A stretch of DNA of 64,000 bases from an uncultured Oscillospiraceae bacterium (GCA_934597255.1 CAKTQV010000005.1:55712-119711), one strand, 5' to 3'; positions 26,172-34,597 are shown, counted from the stretch's first letter. The notes: generated by a model not told the origin, from the letters alone. Translations and numbers: made by a program.

Positions 26172-27026
26172 TCACATCTCCGTATCGCGGATGAACACCT
26201 GCTTGGAGCGCGGATCGTTTTTGTCCTCGCGCTCCTCCACCTGGAACCGGCCGATGGCCTTGACCATGGCCGACAGCTTCGGATAGCCGTAGCTGCGCGT
26301 GTCAAAATCCGGACGCTTTTTCTGCACGAGCTGCCCGACGGCGCCGAGGGAGACAAAATCGTCGTCCGACGCGCCGGCCAGATCGAGTATGGAGTCGGCA
26401 ATGAGCCACACGATCGAGTCGGGGATGACCCGCTCCTCGCTCTTTTTTTCCGGCTTCGGCTCGGCCGCTTTGCGGGCCGGCTCCGCCTTTTTCTCCGGCT
26501 TCGGCTCGGCCGTCTTGCGGGCCGGCTCCGCCTTTTTGGCCGCCGGCTTTTTCACGGCCGTCTTTTTGTCCCGCTCGCGGATGACCTCGATATAGATGAA
26601 TTTGTTGCACGCGGCAATGAGCGCGTTGGGCGTTTTCTGCTCGCCGACGCCGATGACATACTGTCCCGCCTCGCGCAGACGGCGCGCCAGACCCGTGAAA
26701 TCGGAATCGGAGGACACAAGGACGAAGCCGTCCGTGTTGCCGGTGTAGAGAATATCCATCGCGTCGATGATCATGGCGGTGTCCGTGGAGTTTTTCCCCT
26801 TCGTATACGCAAACTGCTGGATGGGCGTCACGGAAATATCCAGAAGCGCCTTTTTCCAGCCGGACAGATTGCTCGTGGACCAGTCGCCGTAGGCGCGCTT
26901 GATGTTGGGCGTGCCGTAAATGGCCAGCTCCTCCATCACGCCCTGCAGACAGTCGCGGGGCGCGTTGTCCGCGTCGATCAGCACCGCCAGGCGCAGGTTA
27001 TTGTCATTTATGGACAAGTCGATCAC
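26172..27026 (-). CDS. NYN (LabA-like PIN nuclease) domain protein with Lys/Pro/Ala-rich repeat linker and C-terminal OST-HTH/LOTUS domain
   Basis: LAVLIDADNA...DGFVLVSSDSDFTGLARRLREAGQYVIGVG matches NYN. Repeat AEPARKTAEPKPEKKAEPARKAAEPKPEKK. C-terminal DFVSLGAVGQLVQKKRPDFDTRSYGYPKLSAMVKAIG is LOTUS-like. Confidence 0.7.
   Translation of the reverse strand: MIDLSINDNNLRLAVLIDADNAPRDCLQGVMEELAIYGTPNIKRAYGDWSTSNLSGWKKALLDISVTPIQQFAYTKGKNSTDTAMIIDAMDILYTGNTDGFVLVSSDSDFTGLARRLREAGQYVIGVGEQKTPNALIAACNKFIYIEVIRERDKKTAVKKPAAKKAEPARKTAEPKPEKKAEPARKAAEPKPEKKSEERVIPDSIVWLIADSILDLAGASDDDFVSLGAVGQLVQKKRPDFDTRSYGYPKLSAMVKAIGRFQVEEREDKNDPRSKQVFIRDTEM
26440..26540. repeat. Tandem repeat of about 45 bp (2 copies) inside the NYN/LOTUS gene, encoding the KPEKKAEPARK linker
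   Basis: CCGGCTTCGGCTCGGCCG(C/T)(T)TTGCGGGCCGGCTCCGCCTTTTT repeated. Confidence 0.6.
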
Positions 27027-27086
27027 ATCCTTTTCGGAAAGAGTATAGCGTATCCGCCGCGGATTTTCAACTCCGCCGCGCGCGGC

Positions 27087-27836
27087 TCACAGCGCCTCGA
27101 AGCGATAGCGGGGCTTGCCGAGGCTCTTTTTTCCGTATTCGATCGCAGCTGTGGGACAATAACAGATGCAGGCCATGCAGTGGGTGCAGGCCTTGCCCCA
27201 GACGGGTCTGCCGCCCCGCAGGGTGATGTTGTTCATCGGGCAGCGCGCCGTGCAGCGGCCGCAGCCGGTGCAGGCGTCCCCGGCGGCGAAGGCGTTCGCC
27301 TTCACGCAGAAGGTATAGAACAGCGGGTTCACCGGCCCGCTCATGAAGCGGTCATAGAGGTTGCTGCGCGTCGGCGCGAAGGGCTGGCCGGCCTTGAGCG
27401 CGGCAATGGCGCGGTCGATATCCGGCTCGGCGCGCTCGACGATCTTTCGCGCCTCGTCCGCCTGCGGAGCGTCGAACATCGAGATATAGTTCTCGGGCAT
27501 GACGATCTGCGCCGTCCCCATGCAGGCGATGCCCTTCTCCCGGCAGAGCGCGCGGTTGTACCGCTCGGCATGGCCGATCTCGCTGCCGCAGGTCATGATG
27601 AACCACGCCCGCTTCGCGCCGCGCAGCTCCGTGCGCAGCAGCCAGTCCCGCACGACGCGCGGAATGCGCCACGCGTAGGTCGGCGTGACGAGCACAAGGC
27701 GCTCCCCGGTGTCGACGGGCGACGTGTCGCCCGACTTGATGCGGTCGTTCAGGCTGAGCAGCGGCTCGCCCAGCGCGTCCGCGATGCGCCGGGCGGCGTA
27801 TTGGCTGTTTCCGGTGCCGGAAAAATAGAAGATCAT
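27087..27836 (-). CDS. Flavodoxin-like domain fused to 4Fe-4S ferredoxin domain protein
   Basis: MIFYFSGTGNSQYAARRIA flavodoxin start. C-terminal CTGCGRCTARCP...CTHCMACICYCP (two Cys clusters). GAGGGAG RBS. Start ATG overlaps the def stop (ATGA). Confidence 0.7.
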   Translation of the reverse strand: MIFYFSGTGNSQYAARRIADALGEPLLSLNDRIKSGDTSPVDTGERLVLVTPTYAWRIPRVVRDWLLRTELRGAKRAWFIMTCGSEIGHAERYNRALCREKGIACMGTAQIVMPENYISMFDAPQADEARKIVERAEPDIDRAIAALKAGQPFAPTRSNLYDRFMSGPVNPLFYTFCVKANAFAAGDACTGCGRCTARCPMNNITLRGGRPVWGKACTHCMACICYCPTAAIEYGKKSLGKPRYRFEAL

Positions 27837-28243
27837 ATCAAAACTCCCTCGCAGTGGTCGATCTCGTGCTGGATGATCTCCGCCGTCCAGCCGGTGAAGG
27901 TTTTTATGCGCGTCTGGAGCTTCTCGTTCTGCCACTGCACCTTGATGCTCCGCCAGCGCTTCGTTTTCCGCGTCCCGGCGAGGGACAGACAGCCCTCCTC
28001 CGCCTCATACGCGCCGGACCGCTTCAGAATCACGGGGTTGAGCATGAGCAGATACGCGCCGTCACAGTCAACGGCGATGATGCGCTTGTTCACGCCGATC
28101 ATGTTCGCCGCCATGCCGACGCAGCCGTCCCTGTGCGCCGCCAGCGTATCGAGCAGATCCTGTGCCGCGCCGAGGTCGTCCGCCGCGGCGGGCGCAGCCT
28201 TCTGCGCAAGGAAAAACGTGTCTCTGCAAATTTCACGGACCAT
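27833..28243 (-). CDS. def: Peptide deformylase
   Basis: Motifs GVGMAANMIG (GxGxAAxQ), EGCLS and HEIDHCEG. Start trimmed to MVREICRDTFFL (GGGAGA RBS). Confidence 0.85.
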   Translation of the reverse strand: MVREICRDTFFLAQKAAPAAADDLGAAQDLLDTLAAHRDGCVGMAANMIGVNKRIIAVDCDGAYLLMLNPVILKRSGAYEAEEGCLSLAGTRKTKRWRSIKVQWQNEKLQTRIKTFTGWTAEIIQHEIDHCEGVLI

Positions 28244-28359
28244 AGCCTGTTCTCCCGGAATCGTCTTTTCCATATTGTATCAGCCGGCGGGACGATGCGC
28301 AAGGCCCGCGGCGCGTTTGCCGGAAGGGACGGCAGGGCGGATAAAGCGCCGCATATGCA

Positions 28360-28405
28360 GATTGCTTCTTTTTGTCAAATCTGGTATAATGGACAAAAGT
28401 TGTCC
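28360..28405 (+). promoter_or_regulatory. Near-consensus sigma-A promoter (TTGCTT-17-TGgTATAAT), followed immediately by a perfect inverted repeat GGACAA-AAG-TTGTCC (candidate operator). Drives the AT-rich island operon.
   Basis: TTGCTT 28362-28367, extended -10 TGGTATAAT 28382-28390, inverted repeat 28391-28405. Confidence 0.6.
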
Positions 28406-28417
28406 CATCAGGGAAAG

Positions 28418-28966
28418 ATGATGTGGTCATTTTCCCGAAACGCGGTATGGATTATGGAGCCTTTTCGGGGCGCTCCTGCTTTTATGGGAGGATTAATAGT
28501 AGTGTTTGGCTTTATCATTGCATCCTTAGGAGTTACGCTTTTAATTTCTGTGGGTTGTAGAAACTCGGTGGTCGACTCGGTGGTCAGAAGCATATTTGAC
28601 GTTATCATTTTGTACTCATCAGTTACGTTTTTAGCTTCTTGGGATTGTGGAGACATGACGGTCAAAAGGATAAAAGAAATTGGAATAAATCATCGATCTC
28701 GATATTATCCAGAACATTACATCACTCCAAAAAGGTGGATGAGGAAGCTCTTTGATATAAAGCAGCGCGTCATTCCACGATTCCTTTACTTTGAACTGTT
28801 TGTTTCTCTTTTCTATGTAATCCTTGGACTAATTAATATAGTGATCACCATTGCTGTAGGCGTTGATACGAACATTGCTAGTATTTTGTTCCTGTCTTAT
28901 CTCGGCCTGATAATGGTCAACGTAATATGTAATTGTATTATTTCCCATAGATTTAAAAGAAAATAG
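28418..28966 (+). CDS. Small polytopic membrane protein, unknown function (first island gene). The first ~20 codons are GC-rich, the rest AT-rich.
   Basis: 182 aa with 4 predicted TM segments (GLIVVFGFIIASLGVTLLISV, IFDVIILYSSVTFLASW, FLYFELFVSLFYVILGLINIVITIAV, ILFLSYLGLIMVNVICNCII). Start uncertain (ATG 28418/28421/28454). Confidence 0.45.
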   Translation: MMWSFSRNAVWIMEPFRGAPAFMGGLIVVFGFIIASLGVTLLISVGCRNSVVDSVVRSIFDVIILYSSVTFLASWDCGDMTVKRIKEIGINHRSRYYPEHYITPKRWMRKLFDIKQRVIPRFLYFELFVSLFYVILGLINIVITIAVGVDTNIASILFLSYLGLIMVNVICNCIISHRFKRK

Positions 28967-29037
28967 TAAAGGAAATGTAAGTTTACAGAATGATTTTGCT
29001 TACCTCAAATCAATTTGCGGGATTTGGAGTGATAGAT

Positions 29038-29526
29038 ATGACGATACAGGAAATCAGGATTTACTTAAAAAAGCACGGTTCCTTTGTATTTATGTATAAT
29101 TCCCAATGCTACACGCTCAAGAGAAGCCGATTCTTATTTTGTCCTCAATATAGCTTGATCGCAACCGATGCGTTGCCTCAACGCCGAAATTCGTTAGAGA
29201 AGCTGTGTGAGCAAGCTTATATCAGTAATGGCACGCTATTGATCGAAGTCATCCAGTATATTGAAATTCCTGAAGGAAATGATCCTTCGTGGGAAACGTA
29301 TGAGGCGATCCGGCACAGTGCTATAGTATACGGAAACGAGATCCATTTTTCATATCGTGGAAAAAGCTATTGGATCGCACAGACCAGTGATGGGTCATCT
29401 CATTTAAGCGATGATTCAGGAAACACGCAATGGTTCAGCTCTTGTCGTGACTTGTTTGACAAGGCACGCATTGATGGCTGCACGCTTGAGGCCATATGGG
29501 AAAAAGCAGCTGTGGACGCTTGTTAA
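29038..29526 (+). CDS. Hypothetical soluble protein (candidate orphan immunity protein)
   Basis: 162 aa from MTIQEIRIYLKKHG. GGAG RBS 8 nt upstream. No recognisable motif. Confidence 0.4.
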   Translation: MTIQEIRIYLKKHGSFVFMYNSQCYTLKRSRFLFCPQYSLIATDALPQRRNSLEKLCEQAYISNGTLLIEVIQYIEIPEGNDPSWETYEAIRHSAIVYGNEIHFSYRGKSYWIAQTSDGSSHLSDDSGNTQWFSSCRDLFDKARIDGCTLEAIWEKAAVDAC

Positions 29527-29608
29527 AGCCTGGCGCTCGTTGGAATGCATTGGTCTGTAATAGTAAGAGTCATTACAATACGGAAACCGTATATTTTGCA
29601 GCGGAGAG

Positions 29609-30244
29609 GTGATTACCATGATGAATAGGGTGTTGAGCGGAATTATCATCATAGTAATATGTATGGCAACATTGACAGGGTGCAATAATACGAAATTCGA
29701 CCAAATAACAGATAAAAATGATTTGCTTACAGAAAAATATCCAATTACTCAAATAGAAGAATTACAGAGCGCAGCAGAAGCCGGTGACATGACATTCTCA
29801 GATTTCAAGAAGGATTTTAATGTACAATGTATGCGGAAAACACATCAAGGGTATTATGTCGTGCTATTGCTGGAAGACGGCGGAAATGCTTTTGCTTTTT
29901 TTAACAGAAAAGACGCATTGATTCGTGTTATGGCTTTCGACTGTTTTAAAAGCAAAATAGAATTTCAAAATCAAGTGGCGGAAGAAATGCCCAAAAGCGA
30001 GGTGCTAAATTTGGATTCTAATACAATTATTGCACCTGTATCTGCGCAGGAAATAACGGCACATATTGTGCAGGAAGGCATTTTTGTGCTGAAATATTCA
30101 CGTTTCAGAGATGGGGAGATAATGGAAGACCCAATTGTAACTTCCATACAATTCATCGAAAATGAAGATATACCAACGAATGACGATCCTTTTATTAGAG
30201 ATGAGATCCCTTTTATTTTTGAATTTGATAAAGCAAGCACATGA
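29609..30244 (+). CDS. Hypothetical lipoprotein
   Basis: Signal peptide with lipobox MATLTGC. GGAGAGG RBS. 211 aa. Confidence 0.5.
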   Translation: MITMMNRVLSGIIIIVICMATLTGCNNTKFDQITDKNDLLTEKYPITQIEELQSAAEAGDMTFSDFKKDFNVQCMRKTHQGYYVVLLLEDGGNAFAFFNRKDALIRVMAFDCFKSKIEFQNQVAEEMPKSEVLNLDSNTIIAPVSAQEITAHIVQEGIFVLKYSRFRDGEIMEDPIVTSIQFIENEDIPTNDDPFIRDEIPFIFEFDKAST

Positions 30245-30483
30245 ACCTTAGCAAAATTTAATCATACCAGCAGGCAAAAACCGCAAATTATCATCTCTCG
30301 ATCGGTATGTGGGGCGCCGGCTTGTGGGAGGTATTGCGCGTGATTAAATTTACAAAAAGCCTTTTATTGAATCCGGCAGAAATATGGATTTCTGGTATTA
30401 GATGCAGCTTCAATAATATAATTAAAATCTCAACCGTGTTTGACTTCAAATGGATCGCAGATCGATGAAGGAGATGAAAATGT

Positions 30484-31011
30484 ATGGCGTCCATAATTCA
30501 TGTTCTGTCTTTGGGTTTGATCCCGATCGCCCTTCAGCTCATCTTTTGCTCTATCTACAAAAGTAATACCAAGGAGCTGCTCAAAAACCTTAGTGCGGAG
30601 CAGTTCGTTCTTCGTTTGCCCAAGGCATATATGTGGGTTTTTATTGTCGGAATCTTGACGAACGTGATTTTCTTGCTGATCATGGAATTCTTCCCAAATG
30701 GAACGGAAGCAGGTTGGGTATATGCGATATTTTCTATTTTCGGGATCTTCTGTGCTTTTTTTGCTTTATACACGCTGACGTGGAAGCTGGAATGCTTTCG
30801 GAATGAGGATTTTTTCATCTACCGACCGTTATTTGGAAAAGGCCGCAAGATCTTTTACCGTGATGTCGAATTCTATCGCATCGAAACGACCGGTACGGGC
30901 GGCATCATAATAAAAACGAAAACGGGCAGGTTTACTCTTGATCCGCATGTGACGAATAAGGAATTTTTCCTGGCGGTACTCTCAAAGCATGGTGTGCCGG
31001 AAAAGAAGTGA
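30484..31011 (+). CDS. Membrane protein with C-terminal bacterial-PH-like domain (candidate immunity protein)
   Basis: Two or three N-terminal TM helices. C-terminal FFIYRPLFGKGRKIFYRDVEFYRIETTGTGGIIIKTKTGRFTLDP resembles the bPH/YdbT-like fold. Similarity judged by eye. Confidence 0.45.
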   Translation: MASIIHVLSLGLIPIALQLIFCSIYKSNTKELLKNLSAEQFVLRLPKAYMWVFIVGILTNVIFLLIMEFFPNGTEAGWVYAIFSIFGIFCAFFALYTLTWKLECFRNEDFFIYRPLFGKGRKIFYRDVEFYRIETTGTGGIIIKTKTGRFTLDPHVTNKEFFLAVLSKHGVPEKK

Positions 31012-31107
31012 TCCCGCCTCCTGTCCGCGAAGTTTATCTGTGCAGGCAGGGGTAACGTTGCTCTGACTGGCAGTATGCCTATGATGCGAACGGCAGCCTG
31101 ACGGGTA

Positions 31108-32052
31108 TTGGGCGGAACAGCTGGACAGATGCCAAATACACCGGGTGCTCCGCTTACCATGCCTTACGGCGGCGCCGGGGCCGGAGCGGTCTGGCCGCCC
31201 ATTGCCGAGCTCAATCCCCTCCGCTACCGCGGCTATTATTACGACGCTGAAACGGGATTCTATTACCTCCAAAGCCGCTATTATGATTCCAAGATCGGCC
31301 GGTTTATCAACGCAGACAGCCAACTCGACACGGCCATATCCAGCGGCCTGAACCTGTTCTCCTATTGCGAAAATAATCCGGTGAACATGGTTGATACTAC
31401 AGGGCAATTACCGTTTTTTCTTATAACTGCAGCTATCGGTGCAGTGGTTGGAGCTGTTATCGGTGGTGTGGTTGCCGCTAAAAATGGCGGTAATGTTTGG
31501 TCAGGAATCGGAATTGGCGCAGTCGCAGGCGCGCTAATAGGCACGGGCGCAGGTATGGCGGCAGGTGCTGCATTGGCTGGTAGTATAACAGCAACAACGG
31601 GGGCTGTTATGGCTGGTGGAAGCACTTTGGTAGCAACTATTGGCACAGGCGGCCTTGGTGCAGGGGCAACATATATTGCAAAAAACTTGTCTCAAGCTGC
31701 CAATAATTTGGCCGGCGCAGCTCAAACTGCAGCAGACAAAATGCAAGAAGTTGCAGCCAAAGGAAAAGCCGGAGAAGCATTGTCAGGAATAGCCAAAAAC
31801 ACAACTCGTATTCCATCTATGACAGGAACAGCTTCTTATCGGATCCCAGACGGACTTGATGACGGTATGAGAATTTTAAGCGAAGTAAAGAATTACGCGG
31901 GTACTTTGTCGTACACAAATCAACTTAAGGATTTCGTGATGTGGTCACAAGCTAAAGGATTCCAAATGCACCTCTATACAAATGCTACGTTAACTGGTCC
32001 ATTGCAGCAGATTGTTGACAATGGCATAATTCAGTTATTCTCATTAGGATGA
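31108..32052 (+). CDS. Orphan RHS/YD-repeat core C-terminal tip fused to a polymorphic toxin C-terminal module: glycine-zipper membrane segment plus PD-(D/E)xK nuclease-like domain. The 5' side is truncated and frame-broken (31056..31107 encodes a YD repeat in another frame).
   Basis: NPLRYRGYYYDAETGFYYLQSRYYDSKIGRFINADS...LNLFSYCENNPVNMVDTTGQ is the conserved RHS core end. In a different frame just upstream: QYAYDANGSLTGIGRN (YD repeat). An 80-aa Gly/Ala-rich GxxxG tract follows. C-terminal RIPDGLDDGMRILSEVKNY carries a PD...ExK motif. The core part is GC-rich, the toxin part AT-rich. Confidence 0.65.
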   Translation: MGGTAGQMPNTPGAPLTMPYGGAGAGAVWPPIAELNPLRYRGYYYDAETGFYYLQSRYYDSKIGRFINADSQLDTAISSGLNLFSYCENNPVNMVDTTGQLPFFLITAAIGAVVGAVIGGVVAAKNGGNVWSGIGIGAVAGALIGTGAGMAAGAALAGSITATTGAVMAGGSTLVATIGTGGLGAGATYIAKNLSQAANNLAGAAQTAADKMQEVAAKGKAGEALSGIAKNTTRIPSMTGTASYRIPDGLDDGMRILSEVKNYAGTLSYTNQLKDFVMWSQAKGFQMHLYTNATLTGPLQQIVDNGIIQLFSLG

Positions 32053-32063
32053 GGAGAGAAAAA

Positions 32064-32738
32064 ATGAGCATTAAAGATATTAACAATGATCCGAAGCGGG
32101 TCAAAATGTGGCTCGACAGGGAAAAGGCCGCAGAGGAACAATACCGCAGGGACAACCCCGATTCTTTAATTCCTCTTTTTGTAAAGGAATTAAGAGAGCT
32201 GGGCTTTGAATTTGAAACCGCCAATCAGGCGGTCGGGCTCCTCCCGAAACACAAAAAAGCAATAGTACCTGTGGCCGTCAAATATTATCGGCTTGCAAAA
32301 GAGCTTGAAAAACCAAACGAACAAAACTATTTTCTGAGCTTTCTTCATATCAAAGGCCTTGATGATGTTGTTCCCATGCTGCTTGAGGACTATTACTCTG
32401 AGAAAACCGAAGATCTGACCCGCTGGTTCATATCGGACTGTATTTATCAAATACGGGCCAGGAATTTTGTAAAAGAATACCTGGACATTGTTTCAAGCCG
32501 GAAGTTCGGCCAAAACAGGCAAATGATCGTTTTGCTTCTTGGGAAGCTGAAGGAAGAGAGTGCCGTTCCGGTTTTAATTGATCTGTTGGAAGACGAAGAC
32601 GTTCGATTGCACGCCATCTGCGCGCTGGGTCAATTTAAGCGGGAAGAGTTTCGCCGTTACTTTGAGCGATTCCAGGATTCTGCACACCCCGGCTGGCGCA
32701 AATATGCCAGATCCGCCATAAAAAAGCTGGATGGATAG
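32064..32738 (+). CDS. HEAT-repeat protein, candidate cognate immunity protein of the RHS-tip toxin
   Basis: GAGGAG RBS within the toxin 3' end, start 12 nt after the toxin stop. HEAT-like repeat AVPVLIDLLEDEDVRLHAICALGQF. The longer track ORF starts at 32049, overlapping the toxin stop (ATGA). Confidence 0.55.
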   Translation: MSIKDINNDPKRVKMWLDREKAAEEQYRRDNPDSLIPLFVKELRELGFEFETANQAVGLLPKHKKAIVPVAVKYYRLAKELEKPNEQNYFLSFLHIKGLDDVVPMLLEDYYSEKTEDLTRWFISDCIYQIRARNFVKEYLDIVSSRKFGQNRQMIVLLLGKLKEESAVPVLIDLLEDEDVRLHAICALGQFKREEFRRYFERFQDSAHPGWRKYARSAIKKLDG

Positions 32739-32774
32739 CTTCTGTATTCCTGTGGATTTTCGGAGGGGTCCGGT

Positions 32775-33326
32775 TTGAAAAAAAGACAAATGACTATTGA
32801 AGAACATAAAATTGCCCCCGGCGCCCACACCATAACAGTCAGCAATGCTCGTTATCAGGAAGGTTTTCCAGACGCCATCGAAAAGATTATGAAAGTCTTC
32901 CTGGCCGATAAGGAGGTGTTTTTCGGCTTTTGCAGAACAGATGGCCTGAATTTAACACGAAAACAACAGAAAAAGCTCGAAAATGAGATCCCGGCATTCT
33001 TTCAAAAAACCGGTAATTTTCAAAGCCTGAGTGAATATTTGACAGCGGCAAGAACCCGGTTAGATGATCACAGCTGCCGCTATATACCGTTAATTTTTGA
33101 TTATTACCTTGAAACTATAATGTTTAACCCTGAGGTGGACTGGGAAATTTTTAAGCAATACCATTCCAATTATCAAAAGCACAGACTTGATGAAATGATT
33201 CTTGATCATTTTGCCGAAATGCTGTTTTACTATTTTGACAGCGGGGATCTTTTGATTTGCTTTAATCCGCAAATGTATAGTCCTGGGGCGGTCAGAAGTA
33301 TGATCGAGCGGGCCTTTGGCGTGTAG
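32775..33326 (+). CDS. Hypothetical protein (candidate orphan immunity)
   Basis: 183-aa ORF in the island, no motif recognised. Confidence 0.4.
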   Translation: MKKRQMTIEEHKIAPGAHTITVSNARYQEGFPDAIEKIMKVFLADKEVFFGFCRTDGLNLTRKQQKKLENEIPAFFQKTGNFQSLSEYLTAARTRLDDHSCRYIPLIFDYYLETIMFNPEVDWEIFKQYHSNYQKHRLDEMILDHFAEMLFYYFDSGDLLICFNPQMYSPGAVRSMIERAFGV

Positions 33327-33350
33327 TTTTTTTGGGGGGGGCGAAGGCAT

Positions 33351-33593
33351 TTGACAAGAACTGAATTCCTGGAGCTGCTGAAAAAATATAACATCAACGA
33401 AAGACTTGTGGTGTTTGATGACGCTATGGCAGAGGGGTATTGCGTTAGAAAAAACCATTTTCGCTGGGAAGTCTTTTTCCGGGAAAGAGGCGAAGAATAC
33501 GATTGCATCGGCTTTCCGTCCGAAAGCAATGCGCTGCAATACCTGTTTGATACGCTTTGCAGCGTATACGCAAAAAAGGGATCCAAAAAATGA
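33351..33593 (+). CDS. Small hypothetical protein (80 aa), TTG start preceded by a T7G8 homopolymer
   Basis: ORF-track start at TTG 33351. G8 tract at 33334-33341. Confidence 0.35.
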   Translation: MTRTEFLELLKKYNINERLVVFDDAMAEGYCVRKNHFRWEVFFRERGEEYDCIGFPSESNALQYLFDTLCSVYAKKGSKK

Positions 33594-33874
33594 AAAATCT
33601 CACTAAATTCATCATTGATCAGTCCATATTTCTTGTGCTTGGCATTGTATCAATAATAGGTCTCTATATTATCAGCGGTCCTGTTTTTACCTTGATCTCC
33701 AGCATTTTAATAATAATACCACCTTTTGCCTATCTTTGCCGGCGAACCCTTTTACTTCCGCTTGACCTGATTTTAGGCAAGGTCACCCAGACGGCCTACT
33801 TTAGAGACCAATGGCTTCCTGAGGATTTGGACTTCTTTAAAAATATGTATTGCCGCCAATGGAAGTTCCAATAA
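33590..33874 (+). CDS. Small membrane protein (94 aa)
   Basis: MKNLTKFIIDQSIFLVLGIVSIIGLYIISGPVFTLISSILIIIPPFAYL, two TM helices. ATGA overlap with the upstream ORF. Confidence 0.4.
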   Translation: MKNLTKFIIDQSIFLVLGIVSIIGLYIISGPVFTLISSILIIIPPFAYLCRRTLLLPLDLILGKVTQTAYFRDQWLPEDLDFFKNMYCRQWKFQ

Positions 33875-34033
33875 AAAAATAAAAATGGCCAGAATGGTCA
33901 GGCGCTTTGGCTATTAGCTCCTATTGTTTTCACGGCAGAGGACGTAGATAAGATCGTTCCTCCCCCAAAAGACGTGCTGCTTAGACTCAGCTACTTCAGA
34001 TTCTCAAAAATTTTGTTAGAATGGAGTATGGAC

Positions 34034-34597
34034 ATGGACAACGAGAAGAATGGTAATACTACCAAGTCAAGTCTTAGTAATGGATTAATGACAGATATCT
34101 CACTTGCAACTGGTCGGCCTGGTGATAAGCTATTGCGAGCGATAGTAAATGATGTTACGAAATCTGCCCCAAGGAGCGCTTTGTCCTCATTGGAAAAACT
34201 TGTCGAGTATTCTAATCAATTTTCAACCTTGGATGGATTAATAAGAGCCTATTTTAACCCAGTAATTGAAAAGAACAAGGGAAGTCAGGAGACCATGTAT
34301 CTTATTTCAATAACCACGATCTGGATCGCCCTTTTTACAAGGCCTATCGATTCGGCCAAACTTCAAGCCGACCGCCTTATTAAGGCAAAAAGAGAGTTTC
34401 AAATCTGCATGCTATACTATTGCTTTGGACTGCTTACTGGCACAATTCCTTGTAAAGGTGTTAGATTTGCCGCGAAGCATCGGTTCAGTTGGAAAAAAAT
34501 CCTCACAATTCAAGACGATGAATGGTGTATAAAACTGGCTAACGCCCTTATGGCCCATTTCGGCCTGGAGTATGCTCTGGCCGATAAACTGGTTTAG
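34034..34597 (+). CDS. Hypothetical protein (candidate orphan immunity)
   Basis: 187 aa from MDNEKNG. GGAG 7 nt upstream. Alternative starts at 33974 or 34028. Confidence 0.4.
   Translation: MDNEKNGNTTKSSLSNGLMTDISLATGRPGDKLLRAIVNDVTKSAPRSALSSLEKLVEYSNQFSTLDGLIRAYFNPVIEKNKGSQETMYLISITTIWIALFTRPIDSAKLQADRLIKAKREFQICMLYYCFGLLTGTIPCKGVRFAAKHRFSWKKILTIQDDEWCIKLANALMAHFGLEYALADKLV

Noticed and set aside
26440-26540. Tandem DNA repeat as a CRISPR-like array
   Set aside because: Only two adjacent ~45-bp units, no spacers. It lies inside and in frame with a protein-coding gene, encoding a peptide repeat.
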